DNA of 64,000 bases from the human T2T-CHM13v2.0 reference genome, Homo sapiens. Positions 13,058 to 25,615 of the stretch are shown here, piece by piece. Every line of letters begins with the position of its first letter. Position 1 is the first letter of the stretch. Under the pieces are notes generated by a model. The model made no database searches. It was not told the origin of the DNA and was given only the letters and a program-made list of their open reading frames with translations. A program made the translations under genes and the position numbers. Location: the NCBI RefSeq assembly GCF_009914755.1, contig NC_060934.1. The stretch is one strand, 5' to 3'.

Positions 13058-14744
13058 TTTATATCAAGTCAGATTTGATACTTCTCTCTGTTGGACATGT
13101 GGGTATGTAATAGCTTATTAAGGTGAACAGAGGTCTTGGCATATGGGTGGTATAGAAGATGTTGTAAAGGTGAGGACGAATTTCTAAGAGTTGAGATGTA
13201 AAGTATTGTTTACCACTGATAAAGACTTGTATTTATAATATGGAAATTTAGAAAACAGAGTGAAAATATCTATTATTTAATAAGTAATGGAAAAGATCAA
13301 CTATGATGACAGGGACTTACACTTCTGGCCCAGTTGGAGTAAAAGAGACCTTCTGAATGAGACAGCAAAAAAGTAATAAATGGACAGAATATATGAAGCA
13401 AAGGTTTTCAAGATACTGAACATCAGACAGTGAAGTACAGTGATCTTGAGGTAGGAAACAAATGAGGAAAGTCATATGATTGTGCCAGCCTACTGCTTTA
13501 AGACAGTTTCCAACGTGTAGCACAGGGAGGAGAACCCAGGTGGAGCCTGGTGATCTTGAAAAGGAGATAAAGCTGAAAACTGCAGGGAGACCATGGTGGC
13601 TAGAATGCACAGGACAAAGTACTGGAGAGAAGAGATTTGTCTAGAGAAAAGTCTCAAAAGATCTGTAGGTAGATACATTATGACAGAAGCATAGACATGT
13701 GATAGAAGCAATATGTAAAGGGATGCTTTGGGTATTTAGTAGAGGACTGCACAGCACATGCAGGTGAGGAAATTACTAGGTTTTGGAAATAACTACCCAA
13801 AATGGTTAGTGGGAACAATACCTGACACTCACACTGGGCCAGGGATAGTGCCTGTTCCTACCTGTCGACTGGAAATTTCATAACCATCAGGACATTGGAT
13901 AGTACTCAGAGTGTCATGCCTTAGTTGTGGAGACTAATTAGGCATAGACTAACACTGTTTGAATACCACCTCCAAAGTTGTAAAGCAAAAAATAAAGGAT
14001 ATAGATTATTTTCAAGTAATGTAAGTACATTCTATGAAGGAAATTAAAGAATATCTATAGGAATACAAAAGTAAATATCAAGCATCCTACATGGTAAAAT
14101 TCACAATGCCTAGCACCCAATCAAAACTAACCAAGTATGCAAAAAAGTGGGGAAATATGATCCATATTGAGACAAAACATGCATCAAGAAAAATCCAGAA
14201 CAGCGATAGCAGACAAGAACGGTAAAATAGTTATTAAGACTACATATCCTATGTTCAAAAATTAAGTACAAAGAAGACATAAAAATATAACCAAGTCAAA
14301 TGCCTAGAAATGAAAAAATACTGTTTGAAATAAAAAATACACTAGATGAGATTAATGTCAGATTAGAGACTACAAAAAAGTAAGTGAATTGGAAAATAAT
14401 TATTTAAAATAAAGTAATAGAAACTATCATGAAATAAAACTAATAGAAACTATCATGATGAAACACAGAGAAAAAACAATGAATGGGACATTAGTGATCT
14501 GTGGGGCAACTTCAAACATCCTATTATAAGTGTAATTGTAACTCTTAATGAAGAGAGGGAGGACAGAAAAAAATGAATCAATAACGGTTGATTTTTTTCA
14601 AGGAGCTCAATGAACCATAAGCACAAGAAATTGGAAGGAAACCACACAAAGGAACATCATAATCAAATTGTTTCAAACCAATGATTTTAATTTAATTGCA
14701 TCATTAATACAATGTAATTTAATTTAATTTTAAAAAACAATCTT

Positions 14745-16115
14745 TTTTAACTTTTAAGTTCAGAGGTACAATTGCAGGTTTGTTACATAGGTAAACTTGT
14801 GTCATGGGGCTTCGTTTTACAGATTATTTCATACCCCCAGGTATTAAGCGTAGTACCCATTAGTTGTTTTTCCTGATCCTCTCCCTCCTCCCACCCTTCA
14901 CCCCTGAAAGGCCCCAGTGTGTGTTGTTCCCCTCTATGTGTCTATCATTTAGCTTCCACATATAGGTGAGAACATGCAGCATTTTGTTTTCTGTTCCTGT
15001 GCTAATTGCTAAAGATAGTGGCCTCCAGCTTCATCCATGTCCCTGCAAAGGACATGATCTCAGTTTTCTAATAGTTGTATAACATTCCATGGTGTATGTG
15101 TACCACATTTTCTTTATCCAGTCTATCACTGATGGACATTTAGACAGATTCCATGTTTTGCTATTGTGAATAGTGCTGAAATGAACATATGCATACATAT
15201 GGCTTTATAATAGAATGATTTATATTCCTTTGGGTATATACCCAGTAATGGGATTGTTGGGTCAAATAATATTTCTGGTTCTAAATCTTCGAGGAGTCGC
15301 CACAGTGTCTTCCACAATGGCTGAACTAATTTACACTCCTACCAACAGTGTAAAAGTGTTCCTTTTACTCTGCAACCTTGACAGCATCTGTTATTTTTTT
15401 GACTTTTTAGTAATAACCATTCTGACTGGTATTAGATGGTATCTCATTGCAGTTTTGATTTGCATTTCTCTCATAATTAGTGATGTTGAGCTTTTTTGTA
15501 TATGATTGTTACTGCATATATGTCTTCTTTTGAAAAATGTCTGTTATGTCCTTTGCCCACTTTTTTTATGGGGTTGTTTTTTCTTCTTTTAAATATGTTT
15601 AAGTTCCTTACAGATGCTAGATATTAGACCTTTGTCAGATGCATAGTTTGCAAAAATTTTCTCCCATTCTGTAGGTTGTCTGTTTATTCTGTTGATAGTT
15701 TCTTTTGCTGTGCAGAAGCTCTTTAGTTTAATTAGATCCCATTTGTCAATTTTTGCTTGTGTTGCAATTGCTTTTGGCATCTTCCTCATTAAATTTTTGT
15801 CCATGCCTGTGTCTTGAATGACATTGCCTAGGTTGTCTTCCAGAGTTTGTATAGTTTTGGGTTTTACATTTAAGTCTTTAACCCGTCTTGAGTTAATTTT
15901 TGTATATGGTATATGGAAGGGGTCCAGTTTTAATCTTGTGCATATGGCTAGCCAGTTATCCCAGCACCATTTATTGAATAAGGTGTCCTTTCCCCATTGC
16001 TTGTTTTTGTCAGGTTTATTGAAGATCAGATAGTTGTAGGTATGCAGTCTTATTTCTGGCTTCTCTATTCTGCTCCATTGATCTATGTGTCTCTTTTTTT
16101 ACCAGTACCATGCTG
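14745..16115 (-). mobile_element. 5'-truncated L1PA (L1PA12/13-like), ~1.37 kb
   Basis: 3' UTR TTAAGTTCAGAGGTACA...GTAAACTTGTGTCATGGGG. ORF2 C-terminal peptide [37 protein letters not shown] (15589-15804). Degenerate TSD AAAAAACAATCTT (14732-14744) / AAGAAACAACCTT (16116-16128). Confidence 0.92.
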
Positions 16116-16195
16116 AAGAAACAACCTTAAAAACAACCAGAGAAAAAAAAGACATATTACATACAGAGGAAAAATACAAGGATGACACAAGATTT

Positions 16196-16832
16196 TTATA
16201 CCGAGCCAAGCTTGTTATGACTGTGGCATAGTAAGCCAATCACTGAGACAACAGTTTTGTCATGGAGAATAAGTTTTAGACAAAAAGCAGAGCAACAAAG
16301 AGATGGGAAAGCAGCTCTAAAATCCCCCTCCCCGATAATGGAGTTATAGGGCTCTTTATGGGATAAAGGAGCAAGGTGGTCCAAGACATGGGGAAAGGTG
16401 ATTGAGAGTAAGAAAATATGAAGCAATTGATGATCTGCACAAGCATAGTCAAGCTTCATGGTTCTTCATAGGATGCATATTCACAAATTATGTCATTAGC
16501 ATAATCTGAGAGTGGAGTTTTTGGCCCTCTGACATCAAAAAGTCACGCATCTATACTCACACAGGCCCATTTGGAGGGTCAGTGGTCTCAGTGGCTTGAA
16601 CTGGATGAGAACTAACTCTAAGTTCCTGAAAAACAACTTAAGTAATTGTTACCATGGTGACATATATATTAGAGACATTATGTATAAGGAAGCTAGTGGG
16701 AGTTTAGTTAAACTTGTTTAGCCACCTGACTTTTAGCTACATAACGTCTTAAAATCAACTGAAAGCAAGTGACTAAAACAAGGCAGAGTAAGTTAAGTTG
16801 GGCAGGCCTAATCTGGTAAGCCTTCAGTTTTA
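16196..16832 (-). mobile_element. ERV1 (MER4-group, MER31/MER67-like) solo LTR
   Basis: ACCGAGCCAAGCTTG...AAGCCAATCACTGAGACAAC...GAGATGGGAAAGCAGCTCTAAAATCC resembles the antisense U5/R of MER4-group LTRs. It interrupts otherwise contiguous L1 ORF1 sequence. Confidence 0.65.
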
Positions 16833-17134
16833 GTATCTTATTGGAAACAATGAGAAATCATTGGAGCACGGTCTTGTGGACATATAGCTCTACACACAGC
16901 AATGAAGAACACTGGAAAGGCTTTGAAAAAAAAAAGAAAAACATAAAATACAATGAAAATATAAAACTTGTTTTATCCAAGGTGCCAGTATCTCTACTGT
17001 TTGCCTACTGCAATGCCAGGATCTCAGAGACAAATAAAAAATGTGATAGAAACAATCCCCTATATCAGTAGTTGAGAGGACAATGCAAACAAATACATCA
17101 GAGAATATTATATGAGCTCATACAATTGTGTAAC

Positions 17135-17196
<62 letters not shown>

Positions 17197-17213
17197 TCAT
17201 CCATCCATCCATC
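17135..17213 (+). repeat. Compound tetranucleotide STR (ATCT)15 + (CCAT)n
   Basis: Perfect ATCT x15 at 17135-17194, then ATTCATCCATCCATCCATC. Confidence 0.97.
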
Positions 17214-17245
17214 CCATGGTAATGCATGACATTTATCATGGCAGG

Positions 17246-18150
17246 TGTCTCAGTCTGGGTTTTCCCAGAATTATATCCTAAGATGAGGGTTAGAGTGCAA
17301 GTAAATCACTTGGGAAGTGATTCCTGGAAGCACCAGCAACGAGTGGGAAAGTGAGATGGGGAAAAGGGAAAGGCAGGCCACAAATTAAAGTATCATTATC
17401 AAGAAGATAAACACTGTGTGCAACTAGAGTCTAATCACACCAGGAAATTGTGGATCAGTGTACAGCAGTGGCCTCAGGTGGAACTTACTCTTGCAGAGAG
17501 AATCATGGCCTTCCAAAGACAACCATGCCCTAATCTCCAGAGCCTAAGACTATGTTATGTTACATGTCAAGGGAAAATTAAGATTTCACATGTATTTAAG
17601 GTCACTAATCAGCTGGCCTTAAGATAAAGAGAATATCTTGCATTATCCAAGTGCTCCCAATATAATCACAAGGGTCTTTTAAATGAGGAAGAAGAAAACA
17701 GATGGTGAAATTCAGAGATAGATTTGAAGCTGTGGCTGGCTTGGAAGGAAGGGGGCTATAAGCTGAGAAACAGAGGAGGCCTCTAGAGCTGGAAAGGACA
17801 AGGAAACAGAATCTTTTCTTGAGATTTCAGAAGGAATTTAACTCTGTTACAACCTGATTTTAGCCCAATTAGACACATTTTAGATTTAATACCTTCAGAA
17901 ATATAAGATATTTGTATTGTTTTAATTTACCACTAAGTTTATGTTAATCCCTTACATTAGTAATAGTAAACTAATATACCCACTTGAGGGGTGAGGTAGT
18001 TGGGTATTTATAACACATACCATTGGTTGGTAATTGCTTCTGTATGTGGAAAGAAAGTGGCCCCCAAAAGAGAGAGAAAGCCCTTTGGTTGCTGGAGGTT
18101 AGCTAATAGGCACTATAAAGGTAAGGCCTGCTGGAATGTGGGCACTGCAC
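17246..18150 (-). mobile_element. LTR33-like ERVL LTR split by MLT1D
   Basis: TGTCTCAGTCTGGGTTTTCCCAGAA...GAGTGCAAGTAAATCACTTGGGAAGTGATTCCTGGAAGCACC. Resumes at 17979 with CCCACTTGAGGGGTGAGGTAGTTGGGTATTTAT. Confidence 0.7.
17488..17978 (+). mobile_element. MLT1D-like MaLR solo LTR
   Basis: AGAATCATGGCCTTCCAAAGA...CTAATCAGCTGGCCTTAAGAT...GGCCTCTAGAGCTGGAAAGGACAAGGAAACAGA...CCACTAAGTTT...AAACTAATATA. Confidence 0.85.
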
Positions 18151-18197
18151 TTACTAGTAAAATAGGCTGGCCTCCCTCTTCCTGTCCTTTCCACCCC

Positions 18198-18290
18198 TTC
18201 TTCATTCATCTAACATTTCTCGAGCTTTTATTATGTAACAGACTTTATGCTAGATGCTGGAAATAGAAAGACACTGTATACATTTCTAGC
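18198..18290 (-). mobile_element. L2 3' end fragment
   Basis: TTCATTCATCTAACATTTCTCGAGC...TTATGCTAGATGCTGG. Confidence 0.6.
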
Positions 18291-19539
18291 CTAGAAGGTT
18301 CAACAAAGAGGAAAATGTTTACATTTCCTAGATTCTCAGTTCTAGACTCTAGGATAGATTGCTGAGATATTTTTCATCAATGGAAAGAAACACATTTTTG
18401 TTGGGTTTTTCAAAGAACGTGACATGACACACCATTTTTACAAGGGATAATTTTAGTGCAGAATAAAATAGAGCAGATAAACTGTCACCCAAATGAAGAA
18501 ATGCCACATTTATTGTTCTAAGGCGTCCAGAGCAAGATATCTTTTTGGTATGAATGTGCAATTCTACACACAATTATTTCTTTCTTGGATGTGAGCTAAT
18601 TTCTATTGGACATTAAATTCTATAGGAAGGTGAAGATTAGTCTATCTGGATGCCTGTTTGTTTTTAATGAAGATGTTACACAAAATAAAAATGAAGAGCA
18701 TCTGATAAACTTGTATACAAACACTCACACACAAATCTTCTTTAGGCATATCTCAAGGTATTTTTCCTTCCTCATAATGTGCTATTTACACTTGACTCAT
18801 AATACCAGTTTCTAGGTATTTCAGAATACCCAGAAGTTTAGCACAAATACAACAATGGTTATGCTACAGTGGAAATGAAGTAAGCAATAGATGCTACTGC
18901 AGTAATTTTTGAAATTTCTTTGTTCTTATAAATGGTCAGGCACTGCATTAAAATTTGGAAGATTGCACACTTGCAGCCTCTGGTGACTTCCCAGATTGAA
19001 TGAGGTATTGCCTCCCCCATACTCTTGTAACAATCTTTAGACCTGTATTTCTCCCTTCCATGTTGTAGGGTAGCTATTTATTTAATGTCTGTCTACTGCA
19101 GTAAGCCGTGTGTGCTCCTGAAAGCTGGGTTTTGATAATCTTATTGTTCTTTCTCTGGCATCTAGATCATGCTTGACATATGTTAAATTCTTTAAAAATA
19201 TTCACCAAATCAGTGGGCAAAAGAAGTTGACAAACTCAAGCAATGTATTTCGTATTTATTATTTTATAGGCTTAAAGTAGACAATTTTGTTCTGTGTTGG
19301 CTGAGTTAATCACTTGTGAAAAACAGCAAAATTATATTGAATTTCAAACACATGATAACCTTCTGTTGTATTGAGCTAATCAATGGGTGTGTTTATCTTC
19401 TTTTTACTAGTACCATGGTTTACTGTGTTTTCCAAAATACTCTTTGTCATTAATTAAAACAAACCACATTATGGTACCATATAATCTATTTTCTAAATGA
19501 AAACACTCTGTGGTTTTGAAAGTTCGTTTCTGGTCCACA

Positions 19540-19680
19540 AACAAATAATTTCATGCTCTTATCCTCATACTATTTGAGTCTTAGTTTTTCCATTTATACA
19601 ATGGAGAAAGTAAAAATAGAAATGCAGTTTTTTATTTCAGAGAGTTATTATGAGGATCAAATAAGCTGGAGGACATCAAA
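19540..19680 (+). mobile_element. MIR fragment
   Basis: TGAGTCTTAGTTTTTCCATTTATACAATGGAG...GTTATTATGAGGATCAAATAAG. Confidence 0.6.
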
Positions 19681-19699
19681 GCAAATAGTATATCATCTT

Positions 19700-20035
19700 T
19701 TCTTTTACTTTTTATTTTTTATTTATACCTAATAATTGTACATTTTGTGGGGCACATAGTGATGTTTTGATGTTTTGATACATGTATTGTATCAGATCAG
19801 GGCAATTAGTATTTTCGTCATCTCAAACATTTGTTATTTCTTTCTGTTGGAAACTTTAAATATCCTCCTTCTAGCTATTTGAAGCTATATATTATCATTA
19901 AGTACAGTCATCCTATAGTGCTATAGAATGCTAGAACTTTTTCCTCTTATGTAGCTGTAATTGTGTATTATTTAACAAATCTCTCCCTATCCCTCTGTTC
20001 CCCTTACCCCTCCCAGCCTCTAGTATCATCTGTAT
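19700..20035 (-). mobile_element. L1MA (L1MA7/8-like) 3' end
   Basis: TAATAATTGTACATTTTGTGGGGCACATAGTGATGTTTTGA...CCTTCTAGCTATTTGAA...TAGAATGCTAGAACTT...CCCAGCCTCTAGTA. Confidence 0.85.
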
Positions 20036-20533
20036 TAAGAAAATACGGATATATGGATGAGAGGACAACAGGTTATAGATTTTGATAGTGGGATATCTTA
20101 AAGGGAAGGAACTAGTTAATTATCCATAAATTCCTTCAATGGTGTGAATATTGCCCTTTATTATGGCATAATTCTTAAAATTTATGCTATTGCTTTGAGA
20201 AGCACATCGAAGAGCCATGCCAAACCATTCTATAACTTTCAGGACCTTGGACAGCTTCTTTGCTTCAAGATAGCCAAGAGGTTAAGGCAAAGACAACCCA
20301 ACAGGGCAAATTTTTTTTTCTGAAAAAGAAAGTTTGTTTTTAACCCACACTGTAGCGTTGTTTATAGCCTCCTCCCAGTTCATCCTTGAATCCATAGTAT
20401 ATTTCTCTATACATACTCCTGGATAAGAAGAAACAAATAATAGGAAGATAAAGTTAGGTATTGTCATCAGAGCATTAACACAGTGATCTTATTTTCGTAA
20501 ACTCTTAATATCATATATATATATATTTGCATC

Positions 20534-20677
20534 TTTCTTTTTTCTTTCTTTTGTTTTTAGAGATAGGGTCTTGCTGTGTTGCCTAGGTTTGTCTCAAACT
20601 GCTGGCCTCAAGTGATCCTCTTGCCTCAGTCTCCAAAAACATTGGGATTATAGGTATGAGCCACCATGCCTGGCCCA
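20534..20677 (-). mobile_element. FLAM_C / Alu left monomer
   Basis: AGAGATAGGGTCTTGCTGTGTTGCCTAGG...GGCCTCAAGTGATCCTC...GAGCCACCATGCCTGGCC, flanked by GCATCTT on both sides. Confidence 0.88.
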
Positions 20678-20728
20678 GCATCTTATGTTTTGTAGCATCT
20701 AGCCATAATGTATTTTTAAAAATTTCCT

Positions 20729-21142
<414 letters not shown>

Positions 21143-21324
21143 CTAACAATAATATAACATAAAAGGAAATTCTAAAATCTTGCTCATATCTAATGGGAGC
21201 ATTTTTGGGAGGCATTGTGCACACATTGCTAGAGAGCTATGAAGGAACTGTTTCAAATGAAGAGAAATGCAAGCCTAGGCAGTATGAAATGTATCTTGGT
21301 AACAGCCCTCTGTCCTGTAATTTA

Positions 21325-21383
21325 TCCCACCTAGTTTTCTTTTTGTTTAGATTGTCCCACTTAATTTCCTTTTGTTTAGATTG
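21325..21383 (+). repeat. ~30-bp tandem duplication
   Basis: TCCCACCTAGTTTTCTTTTTGTTTAGATTG followed by TCCCACTTAATTTCCTTTTGTTTAGATTG. Confidence 0.88.
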
Positions 21384-22059
21384 TTGGTTTTTATTTTCAG
21401 CAATGTCAAATGTAGGTAGTAATTTGATTTATAATAAGAGCTTACATCCAAATGTTTTGATAGCAGAGTCAAAAGAAATACAACCTGAGCCATCCCCAGG
21501 GAGTCATATACATACGGACTCACATGCATGCACAAACACACACAGGAGCCACATTTGCAACTGCATTACGGATTTACAAAATTACTTGTATTTCATTCAA
21601 GACCGCTCTAATGGGTTTTACCAGATCAGAAGTGAAAATTTTAAATAAATTAATAGACAGTTTAACCCAGGTTATAGTCAGTCACTCAGGCAATCAGTCT
21701 AGCTTTGTCTGTGTATTTTACAAACTGGCCACCCAAGTTCAGAGTGAATATAGGAACAAAAAATCAAGAAGACCACAGGTAAACATAGGCCAAAGGGTTA
21801 ACCAACCAGCCCTTACTAAAAAAGTTAGTCGTCATCATTTTGCCCCACTTCCTCATCGCCTTTCATGGTGTTTCACAAATTTTATAGGTAAATGAGTAAG
21901 GATGTGATCTCATTCACTTATCTATTCCGTTTGAATATAAAACATTTTGTTTCCTTCCCAAATCTTTAATTGTATCTTGATAAAGAATTCAAGCTTCTTT
22001 GTACTTTGTAGGAGTTGGAGATTTTTTTTTTTTTGGTTGATCATGAATTATTGAAGTTC

Positions 22060-22265
22060 AGTGGACTGGAATTGGAACACTTGGATCGGAGATTTTATTC
22101 TGCCAATTATTACATGTGTAAATTTGGGCAAGTTAGCTAACTTTAGAAACAGTCGTCTTGTCAGTTAATGAGGGTATTATTATATCTGTAATGCCTTTCA
22201 TCACACATGGCTTTTGGGGGAGTCAGATAATAAGAGTAAAAGTAACTTATAAACTGAACAAATAA
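22060..22265 (+). mobile_element. MIR fragment
   Basis: TCTGCCAATTATTACATGTGTAAATTTGGGCAAGTTA resembles the MIR 5' core. Confidence 0.55.
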
Positions 22266-22476
22266 AAAAGACAATGATTTACCAACTACTTCCAACATTA
22301 CTATTTAAACCATGACTTTGAGATGCTATATTTTAAGAATGAAAAAGAAAGTAATCTTTATTTTAAGGAGAGGGGCAAGGCAATAATTTTCCATAAGAGG
22401 GCACAGACACTATATACAAAATGGAATCTGTCTCAGTTTTCAGAATTTTCATTTGCTAGCTCGAGTGCAAGCTGCT

Positions 22477-24699
22477 TGTGTTAGTTTGCGAGGACTTCCA
22501 TACAAAATATCATATAATAGGTGCTTTAAATAACGGAAATTTCTTTTCTCACAATTCTGGAGGCTAGAAGTTCAAGAGCAAGTTGTTGGAAGATGTAGTT
22601 TCTTCTGAGGACCTCTGGCTTGGCCTGCAGATGGCCACCTTCTTGCTGTGTCCTCACATGATCTTTTCTTTTGTGCACACACATCTCTGGCATGTTTTTG
22701 TGTGTCCATATTTCTTATAAAGACATTAGTCTCATTGGATTAGGACCCACTCTAAGGACTTCATTTTAAGTTAATCACCTCTTGCTCTTGCTCTAAATAC
22801 AGTCACATTCTGAGTTATGGATGGTTGGGGCTTCAATGTATGCATGAAGGGAGCATAAATCCGTAACGTTTGACTTTTGGATCTCCAAAATCCCTGTCCT
22901 TCTCATATGCAAAATACATTCACCCTAATCCCAACAGTCCAAAATCTTTACCGATTTCAGCATCAATTCTAACTTCCAAAACTCATGTAAATATTATCTA
23001 AATCAAGTATGATGAGAGACTTGAGGTATGATTCATCCTGAAGCAGAATTTCACTCCAGCTGTGAACTTGTAAAATTGTACAAGTTCCGTATATTGAAAA
23101 TCCATTGCTAAGACAGGAATGGGATGAAAATTCTCATTCCAAAAGGAATAAATATGAAAGAAGAAAGGAATCATAGATCCCTAGCAAGTTTCAAATGTAA
23201 CAGACTAAATTCTATTAGATATTAAGGCTCAGTAGTAATCCTGTTTGGCTTAATGCCCTGCGCTCCAGGCCCACTGGGGTGGTGGCTCTGCTTTGTGGGT
23301 CCACCGGGACAGCAATGTTGCCTTAGCCCTGGGAAATAGCGTCGTCTTCTGATGCCTTGAGTGACAGTCCTGTCTCTATCATCCTGGGAAGTGGCAGCCT
23401 GGTCCACTGAAGCTAAGGAGGTGCCCCTCATTCTGAAATCAAGAAAGAGACAGCCTTGGCTTTCCATCCTCCCACCAGACCTGGGCCCATGGTGAGAGTG
23501 GCAGTCCCGCCAATCTCTGAATAGCTTCTGGGGTCATTCTTTCATTTCCTTGATGATGGATAACATATGTTTACAGCCATTTAACTTGATTAAATGGATA
23601 TTGAATTCTCCCATCCTGTAGAATTCTGGTATTCCAATAGCCTTTCTTTATTTGGGGCTATGTCTGTCCCCTTTAGTCCAAGCCGACAGTGTTTTCTGCT
23701 GATATAAGCCCATATTTATTCCTGGCTTCTGCTGAGATAAGTGATTAGATCTATGAGTCACATCCATAATTTCTTTATGGAGTAATTGTCCAGCTACATT
23801 CTTGGTTTTCTTTCCAAAACATACCTTTTATTTTTTTTCAATAGGAATAAGCTGATAATTATTCAAATATTCAAGTTCTGGTTGCTTTTTGCTTAACAAT
23901 TTCTTCTTCAATAATCTCTTTCCTCTTGCAGTTTACTATAAGCAGTAAGGAGAAACTAGACTGTACCTTCAACACTTTGCTCAGAAATTATTTCAGCTGA
24001 ATACCCAGGTTTGTCACCTACAATTTCTACTTTCCACAAAACACTGGGACACAGTTCAGCTAATCTCTCTGCCATTTTATGGTAAGTGTTGTCTTTCCTC
24101 TAGTGTCAAAAAATATATTTCTAATTTTCACCTGAGGCCACAACAGAAGCAAGCACATTTAATGTCCATGATTTTACAGAAAGTTTGTTCAAGGCAATCT
24201 AAGCTTCCTCTAATCTGTGCCTCAAACCTCTCACAGCCTCTACTCATTACTTCTAAAGCTGCTTCCACATTTTTAGGTGTTCAGTTCTTTAGCATCCCAC
24301 ATCGTGGTACCAAAATCTGTATTAGTTTTCTGGGGCTGCCATAACAAAATACCACAGACAACAAAAATGTATTTTCTCATGGTTAGGAGACTAGAAATTC
24401 AGTATCAAGTTTCAGCAAGCCTGAGCCTCTCTTCTTGGCTTGCAGATGGCCATCTTCTGTCTCTGTTCCCACGTGATCTTTCCTTTGCACCTGAGCATCC
24501 ATGGCAGTTCTTTTTTGTCTACAAAATTTCTTCTTCTTACAAGAACACCGGTAAGTTTGGATTAGGGCCCACCCTAAGAGCCTCATTTTTACTTAATCAC
24601 CTCTTTAGAGGACCTGTCTCCAAATACAGTCACATTCTGAGATTCTGGGAGTTAGCGTTTCAACATATGATTTTGGAAAGACAGTTTCGTAACTTAACA
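22477..24699 (-). mobile_element. Full-length MLT1A/MLT1A0 MaLR provirus: LTR (22477-22868), internal region (22869-24317), LTR (24318-24699)
   Basis: Two homologous LTRs both contain CTTGG...TGCAGATGGCCA, GGATTAGG.CCCAC.CTAAG and AAATACAGTCACATTCTGAG. The internal region starts (minus) GATTTTGGTACC and ends in CCAAAATCCCTGTCCTTCTCATATGCAAAATACATTCA, both typical of MaLR-int. Confidence 0.88.
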
Positions 24700-25615
24700 A
24701 TAAATGAACAATTTGAGCTTAACATAATGATGAATTTTGACTTAGGAAGAAGCATAGCTTTAGCCCATGTAACACTGTTGTATATCATCACTGTGAAAGG
24801 ACTGGCATCTTAGTGATTTTAAAACCATGTTTCCCTGAGTCTCGGGCAGTGAGTCAGGAGGGCTATGTAGACTGTGTCCATGGTTAGGTGGAGATGCTGA
24901 TGGGTTTCGGCTCTCAGACCTGTTGGACACAGATGTACCATACCAGGGGAAAGTGCTAAATTGCTTGTAAATTCACTGGCACTCCAATACTCTATCCATG
25001 TCTGGAAATAAATGAACATAGAGTCTGTGATCATATTAACTGAACCACACATTTGGCTAGGAATATCAGATGATAAAACTGAGTAATTAAAATAAAAATT
25101 GTTCTAGGATACCTGGAATGCACAGCAATTGCTCCTTTTCTTAAATGTTGATGGCCTTACGCAATGGTGTTCACAGCACACCCCTCTTTATCTTGGGGAT
25201 GCTTTCTCTGATGGATGGGCTTCAAAATTGCTAATACACGAATTACTCATATTTAGACATTTGTTCTTTTAGGTGCCAGACTGTTTTCTTTTGGAATGTA
25301 TTTTTGTGTGATGCAATTTGTCACCTAGATCTTAGCATTAACTTTTAAAGGATGAATGTTGATATATTGGTTCTCTTTTTTTATAATTTCTTGTATGACA
25401 AAGTAATTACTACCTACTGTGTTCTAGGCACCACACTAAGTGCTATTAATGTAGCCGTGAATTTACGTTGTCTTCACCAAGGGTATCATAATCTAATTTA
25501 AAGTATTTTTTCCTCTTGTAGAAATACCTTCTTCCATGTATAAAGGCACCTAAAATGTTGTACAGCTCAATTAAGCTTAGTATCTTTCTTGTTTTACTCA
25601 ATCTCAGTTTATAAC

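Larger units (their letters stand above)
13310..16870 (+). mobile_element. Old L1M (L1MD-like) 5' UTR/ORF1 region, split by an L1PA and an ERV1 LTR
   Basis: 5' motif GACAGAATATATGAAGCAAAGGTTTTCAAGATACTGAACATCAG. ORF1 motifs CACTAGATGAGATTAATGTCAGATTAGA and CATCATAATCAAATTG. Resumes at 16116 (CCAGAGAAAAAAAAGACATATTACATACAGAGG) and at ~16836 (CTTATTGGAAACAATG). Confidence 0.75.

Noticed and set aside
21193-21895. Overlapping 151-aa and 123-aa ORFs in unique sequence
   Set aside because: No recognisable domain. They run through a tandem duplication and a CA-rich tract, and the composition fits chance ORFs.
24277-24813. 178-aa ORF
   Set aside because: It lies antisense within the MLT1A LTR, starts at GTG, and has no protein-like features.
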